This document shows, in pieces, positions 28,562-38,904 of a stretch of DNA of 57,803 bases (position 1 is its first letter; every line of letters begins with the position of its first letter). The stretch is from a virus. Taxonomy: Duplodnaviria > Caudoviricetes. A program made the translations under genes and the position numbers. Below the pieces are notes generated by a model. That model made no database searches, was not told where the DNA came from, and saw only the letters and a program-made list of their open reading frames with translations. Location of the stretch: IMG/VR virus record IMGVR_UViG_3300037422_000254, positions 1-57,803 of that record; one strand, given 5' to 3'.

Positions 28562-29239
28562 GTGGCATTCCTCGGCGGTGGTCGGGATATGTATGAAGGG
28601 CCACAAAGCACGTGGCTCGAAATACGACAGCACGAAGCAGCGCAGCGAAACGCCGAACAGGCGAACAGATTGGCGCAACAGCGGCTACAGATGGAGCAAC
28701 AGGCCCAACAGGCTGAGTTGGCCAATCGGGCGCAGAACCGGTCACTGATCCAGCAATTGGGGACACAATGGGGCGTTCTCCCTGGTACAGGTACGGCGGG
28801 TGGCGGAGCTGGCGGAACGGGAGGCCCCGGCCCAGTTCCTGTTGGCGGCGTTGGTGGGGCTGGTTCCGGCGGGACCGGTGGCACTGGCTCCGGTGGTGGT
28901 ACGACTGACGATAGGCTTTATCCCCAACCATTTCAATCGCAGTGGGGACAAACCCAGTTAGCGAACGCGCCGCTTACGGCGTCGGTTTATGGTCCACAAG
29001 GAACCGCTCCGGCGGCGGCGCACCAGCGAATGCTTGCATCAATGCTGGCGACACAGCAAGCGAACACGCAACGGGTGAACGACCTGCGACAAATGGGGCG
29101 GGAAAATCTTGGCTACGCCGCGACGACCCGCGCCTTGCAACAACAAGACCTCGAAAACGAACGGGTTGGCTACCAAAACATGCTGGAGAATCAGGCCCGA
29201 TACCGTAACGCGATCCTTAGCGCTTTGATGGGGACGTAA
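28562..29239 (+). CDS. Gly/Gln-rich putative ejection (internal virion) protein
   Basis: Composition and position after nozzle gene. Confidence 0.55.
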   Translation: MAFLGGGRDMYEGPQSTWLEIRQHEAAQRNAEQANRLAQQRLQMEQQAQQAELANRAQNRSLIQQLGTQWGVLPGTGTAGGGAGGTGGPGPVPVGGVGGAGSGGTGGTGSGGGTTDDRLYPQPFQSQWGQTQLANAPLTASVYGPQGTAPAAAHQRMLASMLATQQANTQRVNDLRQMGRENLGYAATTRALQQQDLENERVGYQNMLENQARYRNAILSALMGT

Positions 29240-30072
29240 TGCCGACGCAAACTGGCGGTGGAGTTGGCGGCTATTCGCAATCCGGTGGCGGAACCGGTGG
29301 CAATACGCGCCCGCCTGGCGGCTCGGGCGCTGGGTTTCCGCCGGGTAGTTCGAGGCCCGCCACAAGTCCATGCCCTGGCCCTCCTCCGCCGTATATTGTT
29401 GCGGCGGCAAGGGATGCGTGGGAGCGGTCTCGCGCGGAGTGCTTGGCTCGACAACAAAGATCGCAACAACAAACCCCACAAGCCCCCCAAGGAAGGGGTG
29501 GCGGCGGGAGTGGCGGACAAGGTGGGGACAGCGGGGGAGGCGGGGGAGGTGGTGGAGAATCGCCACAACCGCAACCGCCACCAATGGCAACACCGCTGAG
29601 TGTATCAGCTGGGACAGTCGGAAGCGGTGGCGGAACGAGCGCCGTCAATCTGCAAGGACTGCTTACGGGTGGCGCTCCTGGCGGCGGGACTGCGCCGGTC
29701 GCAGCGCCGCCAAAACCGGCGTTCAGTGAAGGGCTTATGGCCCAGCGGTCGAACCAATTGCGGTCACAAGGGATAGCGGCCGGTGATCAGGCCGCGAAAT
29801 CCTTGACGGAGGGGTTCGCTGGGCGTGGCTTTTCGACGCTTTCTCCCGGTCTAGCTCAACAACAAATGCTGGCCCGGATGATGGGACAGGCCCAAGGGCA
29901 AGCGGAGGCGAGCAAGGATCTGATTACGATGGGCGGAGAAGACGCAGCCTTTTCCGCGATCCGCCGGCAAATGGAGCAAGACAGGCTACGAAACCAAATG
30001 CTCCGGCAACAAGCTAGCACGGAATCGCAAATCGGATTGGCGACGGGGTTGCTTGGGCTGTTAAGGGCGTAG
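29239..30072 (+). CDS. Gly/Gln/Pro-rich putative ejection protein
   Basis: TAATG coupling; low complexity; FAGRGFS. Confidence 0.55.
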   Translation: MPTQTGGGVGGYSQSGGGTGGNTRPPGGSGAGFPPGSSRPATSPCPGPPPPYIVAAARDAWERSRAECLARQQRSQQQTPQAPQGRGGGGSGGQGGDSGGGGGGGGESPQPQPPPMATPLSVSAGTVGSGGGTSAVNLQGLLTGGAPGGGTAPVAAPPKPAFSEGLMAQRSNQLRSQGIAAGDQAAKSLTEGFAGRGFSTLSPGLAQQQMLARMMGQAQGQAEASKDLITMGGEDAAFSAIRRQMEQDRLRNQMLRQQASTESQIGLATGLLGLLRA

Positions 30073-30075
30073 GTC

Positions 30076-30330
30076 GTGGCTTGCGAGGCTTGTATGGGCG
30101 GTGACCATATGCGGTGCGAGTCCCTCATGGGAGGCGGCAAAATGTGTGGAGGTCCGCACGACATGCTAATGAAAATTCTTTCTGGCGAGGGTATGGCCGG
30201 CATGATGGGTGAGCAAGACAAGGTGGCCAAGGCCGCTCGGCTGTCGCCGGGATACAATGACATGAAGATCAAGAAGTCCAGATTGATGATGACGCTGGTT
30301 GGCGGGAAGGACCAAAACGATGCCTACTAG
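30076..30330 (+). CDS. Small Met/Cys-rich protein
   Basis: CEAC..H..C..C..H. Confidence 0.45.
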   Translation: MACEACMGGDHMRCESLMGGGKMCGGPHDMLMKILSGEGMAGMMGEQDKVAKAARLSPGYNDMKIKKSRLMMTLVGGKDQNDAY

Positions 30331-30805
30331 ACTTCGCGGCGGAATGGGAACCTTCTCGTCGTCGATGGGCGGCCTAGGCGATACGTTTGGTGGCGATCGC
30401 GAAAACATCCTCGGACTCATGGGGGAGCCAAACCCAATGTATGGGCAGGGATTGCCGCGATATCAAACGCCAAGCGTTCCGAATAGCGCAGCCCACAGGC
30501 GGATGCTGGGGCTTTTGCTTGGACGGTTCGGGAACGATCCTGAAATGATCCGACAGCTTGATGTTTACCCGGAAGCGACACCATCGGGACGGTTTGATCC
30601 CGGCGCTGGTGATCGATTCGACATTCGCGGGTCGCGATTCCAATACGATCCTGGGCGAAGGGTTCGTGGGCGGGGGAGCGTGAACCCGCGATTCGGGGGT
30701 GTTGAATACCGCAATTGGCAAGGTCCAGCGGAGCAACCGTTTTTGGCGAACGCAGCGGTGTTGCAGGCTTACCGGGATAACTTAGCGGCAATGGGGCGGA
30801 GATAA
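30320..30805 (+). CDS. Hypothetical protein
   Basis: Operon packing. Confidence 0.55.
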   Translation: MPTRLRGGMGTFSSSMGGLGDTFGGDRENILGLMGEPNPMYGQGLPRYQTPSVPNSAAHRRMLGLLLGRFGNDPEMIRQLDVYPEATPSGRFDPGAGDRFDIRGSRFQYDPGRRVRGRGSVNPRFGGVEYRNWQGPAEQPFLANAAVLQAYRDNLAAMGRR

Positions 30806-30807
30806 CA

Positions 30808-31464
30808 ATGGCCGATCTGTACAATCCGAAAAATCCGATGCGGCGACGAACCACTGTTGCGGGCAGTCCCGACGAAGCGGAAGACGTAGCGGCGGCGCTG
30901 GAGCAAATGGCCGCGATGCCAAAGGGCGCCCGCGAACGGGCGCAACATGGTAATTGGCCATCGGCCGGCGGATACCATGTGATGCTGGACGGTTCTCTCA
31001 TGTCCGACGAGCAAATGCAAAAGCCGTGGTTGGGCGAGCCTCGGCCAGGGACGGTGGAGTCGATGGCTGCAACCAATCGCGTGATGGGGAATGAGCCGGC
31101 CGATCTTCCTGCTTGGATGAGGATGGGCAGGCCACATCCGCGATACGACATCTATGCGAATATTGAAGATGATAGGATGCCGATGGCGACAAATCCGTTG
31201 GAGGAACGGGTGATGCTGGCGGAAGCGGTGGCAAACGCGCCATGGATCCAAAACGATCGCCCTTGGGTGGTTGACGAATACGCTCCGGTCCCTTCCGATC
31301 TTCGGATTGTCGATCGCGAAGGGAATCCCCTCGGGCGAATGAAGGCAGGCCCGGCTGGCCACGCTGCCGGAAACGCAATGTTTGGCGCTGGACAGGGCGT
31401 TGGGCAGGGCATTGGCGGATTCGGTAATCGGCGACTGCTCGGTGCGCTGTTGGAAAGCCGGTAA
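30808..31464 (+). CDS. Hypothetical protein
   Basis: GGAG RBS; operon packing. Confidence 0.6.
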   Translation: MADLYNPKNPMRRRTTVAGSPDEAEDVAAALEQMAAMPKGARERAQHGNWPSAGGYHVMLDGSLMSDEQMQKPWLGEPRPGTVESMAATNRVMGNEPADLPAWMRMGRPHPRYDIYANIEDDRMPMATNPLEERVMLAEAVANAPWIQNDRPWVVDEYAPVPSDLRIVDREGNPLGRMKAGPAGHAAGNAMFGAGQGVGQGIGGFGNRRLLGALLESR

Positions 31465-32570
31465 TGGTGACAACTTCGCAAAATCGCCGGATTCCCAACT
31501 ATGACGGATCGCCAAAGGGGCGGGATTTCGTTTTTGAAGAGTTTGCCCGCCGTGCTGGCCAGGACGCTTTGGCGAAATTGAGCGAGGCGGTTGGCCGGAT
31601 GGCTGGCAATATCCCGATGGAGCCACAGGCTGCGGCTGCGGGCTTGGCATCACCGGAAATGGATGATTCTGTTCCGGTTTCTTCCCGTCCCGCTCCGCAA
31701 CCCGCCGTTTCTACCCTCGGTATGCGCCAGGTTCGTGGTCCAGCAACGCCAGACTTTGGGGAGGACTTCGAGGGCCAAGACATGGACCCGGCCCAAGCAG
31801 TGGAGTTCCACCCCTCGGCGATCAACCGGATGCGACAGCAAACCTGGTTGGCTGGCCAGCGAAAAATGTTCGGCGATGAAGGTTTGCGGCAGGCTAGCCA
31901 AGAAATGATGGAGCGTGGCCGGCGGCGGGCAGTGGATATTGAGACGGCGCTAAGGCGGGAATTAGGACAGGAGAGACAGGCTGGCCCGGACGAGTGGACG
32001 ACGAAGCTCTACGAAATCAACGTGAGTTCCGGCATGAATCCTGCGGAGGCGTGGGCGTCTGCCGTGCAGAGCGCACAGCAAATGGCGAAAATGTTTGGTG
32101 ATCGCGCAGGCGCGTTGCCGGCGATTGCCGGCGGACGGCAACCGCCGACAACGGCTGGGCGGTCGGCTCCGCCGATAGCACGGGCGGCTATTAGATTGCG
32201 AACGCCAGCTATTGCAATGGCGGAACGGGAAAAGGTGACGCAAGCGGCAGCTGCCGGATCTCCGCTTGTCCAAGAAATGAGCGAAGCCGGATTTCTGCCT
32301 GATAGCTTAAAGGACATTGATGCTCTTCACAACGCACTCGTTCAATGGCAGCGGCAGGGAGGGGATATTCCTACGGACGAAGTTAACAAGCTGATCCAGT
32401 GGGCATCTGCAAAATACGGAGTTCCGGCCGGGCAAATTTCCGAAAGATTTGCGGAGCTTCAAACTCCTTGGCATCGGCGATATTTTCGCTCAGCCGCCAG
32501 AAATATCGGCGGCAGCTTGGAAACGATGGGTCGAGGAGTTGAAGCCATCAAAAGAAGCGTTGGCGGATAA
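31464..32570 (+). CDS. Putative internal virion protein
   Basis: TAATG coupling; A/Q/M-rich helical. Confidence 0.55.
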   Translation: MVTTSQNRRIPNYDGSPKGRDFVFEEFARRAGQDALAKLSEAVGRMAGNIPMEPQAAAAGLASPEMDDSVPVSSRPAPQPAVSTLGMRQVRGPATPDFGEDFEGQDMDPAQAVEFHPSAINRMRQQTWLAGQRKMFGDEGLRQASQEMMERGRRRAVDIETALRRELGQERQAGPDEWTTKLYEINVSSGMNPAEAWASAVQSAQQMAKMFGDRAGALPAIAGGRQPPTTAGRSAPPIARAAIRLRTPAIAMAEREKVTQAAAAGSPLVQEMSEAGFLPDSLKDIDALHNALVQWQRQGGDIPTDEVNKLIQWASAKYGVPAGQISERFAELQTPWHRRYFRSAARNIGGSLETMGRGVEAIKRSVGG

Positions 32571-32589
32571 TCCAGATGTCAAGTAATCC

Positions 32590-35500
32590 TTGACGAATGA
32601 ACTTATGGTCCTTGGCGACTTCACTGATGATTACCAGCCTTATCGCCGGCGTTCATACTGGGACGTTGGTGGCGTGGGCAGCTCGCCTGGTCGTGGCGGT
32701 TACGGTCCACCTATTCCTCCGATGGCCCCGGAGGAGGCTCGTTCGGTTCTCGGCGAGGTCGGCCAAGCCGGGCTAAGTGGACTGGCGTACCTCGGCGGGT
32801 CGATCGGCAAACTAGGTCGCGCTATCCGTGGCGGTATCGGCGCGGCTACTGGCCAAGGCACTCCCCGCGAAATTCTTGCCGCCATTCCGTTTTCCGATTT
32901 GCTCGGAATCACTAACCCGGAACAGGAAGTCACCGAAGAACAACTATTTGAGGCTACGCCTTTCGCCGGCGAAAAGGGTTCCTGGCGCAATTGGTTGGGC
33001 GGTCTTGCGGTTGGCATCGCTACCGATCCGCTTACCTACATTGGCGGTGGCGGGCTAACAAAGGCCGGCCAATTGGCTGCTAAGGCCGGACCGAGACTAA
33101 GGAATGTTGCGGAGGTCGCCGCTCAAGGTGGAAAAACGGCTCATTCCACCCTGGCTAAAGAGGCTATCAAGCAAGGTCGGCTTGCCGCTACTCGTGCCGC
33201 ACAAATTGAGGCGGGACAGGCGGGATTGCTTCATGCGGGAATTCCCTTCACGGGGAAACGCATCGCAATCGGTACGGGCGAACGGTCCCGCAAGATCGCC
33301 GCATGGGCGCATGAAGCAAATAAGCAGTTCCGGTCATTGCCGGGAGTTCGCCACTTAGCCGGACCGTTCTCGGAAGCAAACACCACAAACGCCATGTTGC
33401 AAATGGCGCACGAAAATATCACGCGGCCGGCAATCGACGCTGCTGAACACCTTGTGTGGAACGCAAGGCGCGAGGCACAACAGGCGTTCAACGCCTTGAA
33501 CCTCGATCAAGTCGACGCCGATCTGGTCAAGGTCATGGTGAAGGTCGTGCAGGAGGGGCCTGAATCGCTCAAAGTGTTGCCGGCGAAAGTCCAGCAGGAA
33601 TACGCTTCGTTGGTCGCGCGCCGGCCGGAAGTGCAAACGTTCTTGACCGATCACGCGGCGCGGCGGCGCGCAATTAGCGCCGCACAGATTGAAGATCCTC
33701 GGCTGCTCGGAAAGGGCAAAGCGGAGTTTGGCGAAAAGACGTTCGATTCGCGGGGCAAACTCCTCGGAAAATACGTTTCGCGCATCCAGGCTGCCGATCT
33801 GGACGAGCAATTAGCTTACGCAAGCATGACGCCGGCTGAACAGAATCAGTTGCGGCTACTGTTCCAGGCTAAGCCGACAATCAATAACGATCTGCAACAA
33901 GGCTTGCAGAGCATCGACGTGAAGCGGCAAGGTATTATTGCCCGCAATCCGAATTTCACGGACGCGGCTGTGCGGAAACATCTGTCGCGAGACTTTCACC
34001 AGCTTCGCGGCACGATGATGGCGCCGTTTCACGAGCAAAAGTACGAATACGTCGGCCGGCTCAAGACCAAGGTTCCCGGCGAGTTCACCGCACGGGCATT
34101 GAACCCATTGCGGACGGCGATGGGATCGGACATCAAACGCGACCCGATCCTGCGATTCTTCCCACAACACATCCTGAACGAAATGAGCCTTGACCCTGCG
34201 ATTGCCGGCAGCGCCGGGACGATGGATCTGGCGGCGCGACAGAAGTACATCGCCAATAACTATTTGAGTCGATTCGACTTTCCGCCTGACAAGATGCAAA
34301 AGCTGTCGAGGGGACTCGCCCAAGAGATGGCGAACATCCCGGATGAAGCGGTTGCCAGCGGCATCCCGATGTTTGGAAACAATCCGTTTGACGACGAGTT
34401 GATTCGCGACTTGCGGACCACCAATCAAGAGCTTCCCGCCATCAAGACAAAACATTCCGTGTTGGCGGACTCGGCCGTCCCACTCGGCGCGGCGGCGAAA
34501 GAGCCGATGATTCCGATGGCTGACGCCCTCAAGAAAGTTGGCCTTGATTACGACGTGATGGGGCCTGGCACGCAAGCGACCGGCCCGAACTATGTGTCCG
34601 GCGCCCGCGTGACAGCGGCCAGCGAACTTACTCGGCGGTATGGTGGTCAGCTTACTGGCGCCGACGTTGACAAATTCATGGTCCCCAAGCGGATCGTGGC
34701 CGACCTCGAAAAGATACGGATGGTGGCGCACGCCGGCGAAGGGACCAATCCGCTGATGGATTTCATGCGGAAGTACAAGAGCGGATTCGACCGCATGGTC
34801 ACGCTCCCCTGGCTTGCCCATCACGTCCGCAACTTAGGGTCTGGGACCGTTACGAACGTCGTCGAACGGGCCTACGACCCCACAGCGTCGTGGGCGATGT
34901 CGTACATCAAACCCAAGATCCAGGCCCACAAGCTGGCACAAGGTGGCGTGGTCAAGAACCTTGCCAGCGAAATAGCTTCGGCCCAGCCTGGCTGGAAGGG
35001 GCTGACCGACGAACAGGCCGGTCAACGGCTGGTCGAAATGGGGTTCGATTGGGGGTGGTTCCGTCCCGGCGAGGTCGGAGTCGCCGTGAAAACTCCGTCA
35101 GCCGGCAACCTAGGCCAGATGACAATGCCGGAACGTCTCGTTCCTGGCATGGCCGGATACCTCCAAGAACCAGAGTTAGCGAAGGCCGCGAGAGAATTGG
35201 TGACGGGCAAGGCCGGCGCGGCGGGCGCGAGACTCAAAGCCGGCGCCGCCGAAATGCTTCCGTTCAAGCGTGGCGCCGGTCCCGCATGGCTCAAAGGCGT
35301 TGGACTGAATCCCGAATGGTTTCCGCTCAAGGAGGGCGAGAAAGCCCTGAACAATGTCGAATTCATCAACCGTATGGAAATGGCGATCCCGCTCCTGAAG
35401 CAAGGGTTCTCGCCGGAAGCGATCGCGGAGCGGATTCGTAACGCCCACTTTGACTATAGCCGGATTGGGGCCGGCGAAAAGTCATGGATTCGTCCGCTCA

Positions 35501-36264
35501 CCACGGTTGGTTATACCTATGCTCGGAAGAATCTGCCTTACCAGTTGCGGACGCTCTACAACGATCCCGCTCGCCTATCCACCATGTTGAAAGTTGGCGA
35601 AGGATTGGCCGAGTCCCCGTTGGCTCAAGAAAGCATGGAGGCTCGGCCGGAATGGATGACGCGGGGTTTTACGGTTCCGCTCCCCTCGTGGCTGTCCGGC
35701 GCGCCCGAGGGGCGTCAGGCATTCTTGTCCCAACTTGGGCTGCCGATCGAAGAGGCGTTCCAGCGGTTCAATTTCGGACCTGGCGGTGTGCCAGATGTTG
35801 GCCGCACAACCGCCGAAATACTGGGCATGATCCACCCGATCCCCAAGGCGGCAATCGAATACGCCACGGGCAGGCAACTCTACAGCGGCCGCGAACTAAA
35901 AGACGTGGAGCGACAGTTCACGCGATCGCCGCTATTAAATGAGTTAATCGTCGCCTCCCCCCTGGCTCGTCTCTTCAGCACCGGGCGGGCGCTGTCGAAC
36001 CTGGCGCAAGCGCCGATCCCGACGGCGATGAATGTGGCCAGCGGGGTCCGGGTGTCGGACGTGGACGTGGAACGGACGCGGCGGGCATTAGAGAGGCGGA
36101 TGGCAGAAGCGGTGATTCGCCAGATTCCAGGCTCGCGGGAGTTCCGCGAGGTTTACGTGCCAAAATCTATTCGGGGGAAGTTGACCCCCGAACAGATGCA
36201 ATGGCTGGCGGCGGTCCAGGCGTTGAACCGGGAAGCAATGCGGCGGGCGAAGATGGCTCAATAG
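32590..36264 (+). CDS. Large internal virion/DNA ejection protein
   Basis: 1224 aa, last late gene; ATDPLTYI, HHVRN, HFDYS, YARKNLP patterns of large podovirus ejection proteins. Confidence 0.65.
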   Translation: MTNELMVLGDFTDDYQPYRRRSYWDVGGVGSSPGRGGYGPPIPPMAPEEARSVLGEVGQAGLSGLAYLGGSIGKLGRAIRGGIGAATGQGTPREILAAIPFSDLLGITNPEQEVTEEQLFEATPFAGEKGSWRNWLGGLAVGIATDPLTYIGGGGLTKAGQLAAKAGPRLRNVAEVAAQGGKTAHSTLAKEAIKQGRLAATRAAQIEAGQAGLLHAGIPFTGKRIAIGTGERSRKIAAWAHEANKQFRSLPGVRHLAGPFSEANTTNAMLQMAHENITRPAIDAAEHLVWNARREAQQAFNALNLDQVDADLVKVMVKVVQEGPESLKVLPAKVQQEYASLVARRPEVQTFLTDHAARRRAISAAQIEDPRLLGKGKAEFGEKTFDSRGKLLGKYVSRIQAADLDEQLAYASMTPAEQNQLRLLFQAKPTINNDLQQGLQSIDVKRQGIIARNPNFTDAAVRKHLSRDFHQLRGTMMAPFHEQKYEYVGRLKTKVPGEFTARALNPLRTAMGSDIKRDPILRFFPQHILNEMSLDPAIAGSAGTMDLAARQKYIANNYLSRFDFPPDKMQKLSRGLAQEMANIPDEAVASGIPMFGNNPFDDELIRDLRTTNQELPAIKTKHSVLADSAVPLGAAAKEPMIPMADALKKVGLDYDVMGPGTQATGPNYVSGARVTAASELTRRYGGQLTGADVDKFMVPKRIVADLEKIRMVAHAGEGTNPLMDFMRKYKSGFDRMVTLPWLAHHVRNLGSGTVTNVVERAYDPTASWAMSYIKPKIQAHKLAQGGVVKNLASEIASAQPGWKGLTDEQAGQRLVEMGFDWGWFRPGEVGVAVKTPSAGNLGQMTMPERLVPGMAGYLQEPELAKAARELVTGKAGAAGARLKAGAAEMLPFKRGAGPAWLKGVGLNPEWFPLKEGEKALNNVEFINRMEMAIPLLKQGFSPEAIAERIRNAHFDYSRIGAGEKSWIRPLTTVGYTYARKNLPYQLRTLYNDPARLSTMLKVGEGLAESPLAQESMEARPEWMTRGFTVPLPSWLSGAPEGRQAFLSQLGLPIEEAFQRFNFGPGGVPDVGRTTAEILGMIHPIPKAAIEYATGRQLYSGRELKDVERQFTRSPLLNELIVASPLARLFSTGRALSNLAQAPIPTAMNVASGVRVSDVDVERTRRALERRMAEAVIRQIPGSREFREVYVPKSIRGKLTPEQMQWLAAVQALNREAMRRAKMAQ

Positions 36265-36269
36265 GGCGG

Positions 36270-36563
36270 TTAGGCCCCCTCCGTCATCCTTTTCATTTCC
36301 ACTTGATAGTCAGCCGGAAGGCACTTCGGGCATGGATGCGCCAGGGCGCCAAAGTCTGATGATGCGGTGGTGATTTGTCTGGCTCCGTGGCATTTGTCAC
36401 ACTTGTTTATGTAGTAGTGACAGGCCGGGCAGTCGCCGGCGTAATCAATTTGCTCCACGTTTGCGTCGCAGCCTAAACATACGGAGTAGAACGCATGCTC
36501 TTTCCTCTGTTCGATTTCGTTTTCTTGTGCGTCGAAGTATCGGTTTTTGTTGGACCAGTCCAT
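36270..36563 (-). CDS. Cys-rich zinc-finger protein
   Basis: Four CxxC pairs (CLGC, CPAC, CDKC, CPKC). Confidence 0.6.
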   Translation of the reverse strand: MDWSNKNRYFDAQENEIEQRKEHAFYSVCLGCDANVEQIDYAGDCPACHYYINKCDKCHGARQITTASSDFGALAHPCPKCLPADYQVEMKRMTEGA

Positions 36564-36579
36564 TATGGTTGTTCCTTTA

Positions 36580-36828
36580 TTAGTTCCGCTCCACCACGTT
36601 GTTGTTTGCGATGCGGTCACACCGCTCCAGAACGTCATCAATGATGTTGCACAATAAGGCGATCTTTTTCGCGTCGTCTGCGTTCGCGCCATGCAACGTA
36701 AGGAACTTGGTCGTTTGGATCATCGCGATAGCGAACGTCGCTTGGATTTCCCGGCGGTTCATGGACGGAATGTCCTCGCCGCATTCAAACAAGTCGTTCA
36801 TCGTGTCGAACACGCTACTTCCCATCAA
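36580..36828 (-). CDS. Hypothetical protein
   Basis: Overlap with recombinase stop; AGGAG RBS. Confidence 0.55.
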   Translation of the reverse strand: MMGSSVFDTMNDLFECGEDIPSMNRREIQATFAIAMIQTTKFLTLHGANADDAKKIALLCNIIDDVLERCDRIANNNVVERN

Positions 36829-37736
36829 TTACCGCTCCTTTTGAACCACGTTTTCCATTCGTATAATCCAGGTGGCAACGCCACTGTTTGGTCGCGGTTT
36901 TCGTAACTCGTTGCGTTCTCGGTCACTGGCTCAGCGTAGCCGATTATTTCAGGGCGCATCTTCTGGCCGTGGACGGCCGTGTACACAAGGTTCACGTACC
37001 ACTTATCGATGTAGTGGTGCTGAACCCAGCTTTTCTCTCGGGCTGACAAATAGCTTGCCTTTCGCTTGTACCGCAGCGCAAACATGGTTTCGGTGTTCAA
37101 CTTATTCGCGATCTCAGAATAGGTTTTCCCTTCCTTGTGTTCCCTTCTGATCCGGTCGATAATCCTCCCCATGTATTCATCACGAACCACCACCAACTTC
37201 TTGCTGTTCTGGAATTCCTTAAACATGTAACCAAGGGGGGCGCGAGTAATGGTCCTTGGCGGCAACTTGCCGCCGTTCTGTTCTCGTAATCTGTTGTTGT
37301 GCTGCCTTCTTCGCTCGCCCCGGATTCCGCTCTCGAATTCGGCGAAGCTCATCATCGTGGTGAGTAGCAGCTTGCCCACACAAGAAGAAGTGTCTACGAA
37401 TCCTCCTCCCATGTGGCAGATAACCAATCTAATCTCTCGTTCGTCCCACTCTCGCATACAGGCGATTCCGTCGGCGGTGTTTCGGAAGAGCCTGTCGAGG
37501 GTGGCGGCGACGACGATGTCTCCGTCCTTGAGACTGAGCGACAGCTTTCGCCCCTCGCTTCGGTCGGCCAGTCGCTTAGTGTAGGCGCTCTCTCCGATGT
37601 CTCTGTACCATTCGGCTCGCGAGATGTTGATTTGCCGGTACTTTGCAAACTCGCGGATGGCGTTTTCTTGGTTCTCCGGGCTGTGACCAGAGATTGCTTG
37701 CTCGTCTCGGCTGCATCGGAGATAAATCTTAGTCGT
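36825..37736 (-). CDS. Serine recombinase (resolvase domain plus recombinase-type C-terminal domain); start uncertain
   Basis: IYLRCS (catalytic S), DIGESA, LDRLFRN, FAEFES..ER, APLGY, YSEIANKLN. Confidence 0.88.
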   Translation of the reverse strand, partial: TTKIYLRCSRDEQAISGHSPENQENAIREFAKYRQINISRAEWYRDIGESAYTKRLADRSEGRKLSLSLKDGDIVVAATLDRLFRNTADGIACMREWDEREIRLVICHMGGGFVDTSSCVGKLLLTTMMSFAEFESGIRGERRRQHNNRLREQNGGKLPPRTITRAPLGYMFKEFQNSKKLVVVRDEYMGRIIDRIRREHKEGKTYSEIANKLNTETMFALRYKRKASYLSAREKSWVQHHYIDKWYVNLVYTAVHGQKMRPEIIGYAEPVTENATSYENRDQTVALPPGLYEWKTWFKRSGN

Positions 37737-38146
37737 TGGCTCGGCTCCTGGCCTTGCCGCTCGGCGTCGTGTACCATGCCTCTTAGCTGGCATACTCTCC
37801 ACCATGCTTCTGGCTCCTCCATCTTGTAGTTTTCTGGCGGCTCCTTGCCAGGGGGCCAACCGTACAAATCAAAATGCAATCTCATTCGCCACCACATGGT
37901 AACGGTGGCCCATTTTGCCTGCTCCTTTTTGGATGACCTAAGAATCGCGCCATCGTGCAGTAGCACAACGAAAATGAATTGCTTGCGGCGTTTGTACCGC
38001 GACAGCACAAACTCTTCCGAGTAGTCCCTGACCCACTCGGATATTCCAACGAGAATCTTTGTCCCCTTGACCTTTGGCAGTCTTTGCGCTTTGTGTTTCT
38101 CGCAGATTGCCTTTCGTCTTGTTTTGCTTATTGGCGTCCCTGACAT
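37394..38146 (-). CDS. Hypothetical protein whose frame runs ~340 nt into the recombinase (ancestral stop probably at 37733)
   Basis: ORF track; see finding on the ACGA junction. Confidence 0.5.
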   Translation of the reverse strand: MSGTPISKTRRKAICEKHKAQRLPKVKGTKILVGISEWVRDYSEEFVLSRYKRRKQFIFVVLLHDGAILRSSKKEQAKWATVTMWWRMRLHFDLYGWPPGKEPPENYKMEEPEAWWRVCQLRGMVHDAERQGQEPSQRLRFISDAAETSKQSLVTARRTKKTPSASLQSTGKSTSREPNGTETSERAPTLSDWPTEARGESCRSVSRTETSSSPPPSTGSSETPPTESPVCESGTNERLDWLSATWEEDS

Positions 38147-38577
38147 GACGGAATATCTTCACCCCACCCCGTATTGAATACCAGGTTCTCCACCGCTTGT
38201 GTGTAGGCGGCGGCGATTTGGGCGCTCGCGGCGGCTTGCCGGATCTCCCAGTCTGGCATGGTCTTGGGTAGTCCTGTCCATCCCTCGCTGGGGTTATGCG
38301 ATCTCAGCATCGCAACAATCCCCTCTTTGGTTGGCGACACGTAGGCGCAATGGTGGTCGATGTCGCGCGGGTAATCCGAGAAGTACGACACGCTGGCGAC
38401 GTACTCCCCCTTGTCGTGTTGGTAAAGGGTGAGTTCGTGCCACCGGCGTTTGCCTTTGTGGTCCTCTGGCTCGGCATCACTCTCGGCGATCTTCTTTCCG
38501 TGAAACACCAGCGGCATTGCCCCCGTGCGGGCAAGCCGGACCAAGTCCGATTGTGGCGGCGAGCTAGCTTTTGGCAT
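38128..38577 (-). CDS. Hypothetical protein
   Basis: 149-aa ORF in operon. Confidence 0.65.
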   Translation of the reverse strand: MPKASSPPQSDLVRLARTGAMPLVFHGKKIAESDAEPEDHKGKRRWHELTLYQHDKGEYVASVSYFSDYPRDIDHHCAYVSPTKEGIVAMLRSHNPSEGWTGLPKTMPDWEIRQAAASAQIAAAYTQAVENLVFNTGWGEDIPSCQGRQ

Positions 38578-38791
38578 CGTTTTTTCCTTTCGTTCGTAGC
38601 AGTTCCGAAAGAGACTGTAGCGCGCTCTCTCTTTGCGCTAACCCCCATTCGGGGCTGTTGATGGCGGCTACCAATTGCCGCACGTGTGTTTGTTGGAAGC
38701 TAGCCAACCGCTCGTAGGCGGCGAACATCCTGGCAAACTTGGCGAGTTCCGCTTGTTCGAACAGCGTCAGGTCTTTTGTTGTGGTTGTCAT
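38564..38791 (-). CDS. Hypothetical protein
   Basis: ATG 38791 after AAGGGA; downstream of promoter. Confidence 0.55.
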   Translation of the reverse strand: MTTTTKDLTLFEQAELAKFARMFAAYERLASFQQTHVRQLVAAINSPEWGLAQRESALQSLSELLRTKGKNDAKS

Positions 38792-38876
38792 ATTCCCTTG
38801 CGCGCTCTCTTCAACGATTTTACCGGCATGGGGGAGCGCCCATGCAGCCGGCGATCCGCATCCGCGGACCGCCGGT

Positions 38877-38904
38877 ATTGTACCTGTGGTGGCGGTCAAG
38901 TCAA
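38877..38904 (-). promoter_or_regulatory. sigma70-type promoter for recombinase operon
   Basis: TTGACT-N16-TACAAT, same boxes and spacing as at 698-725. Confidence 0.65.

Noticed and set aside
32590-36264. Tape measure protein or virion RNA polymerase
   Set aside because: No tail tube or chaperone genes and no polymerase motifs seen; it fits an ejection protein better.
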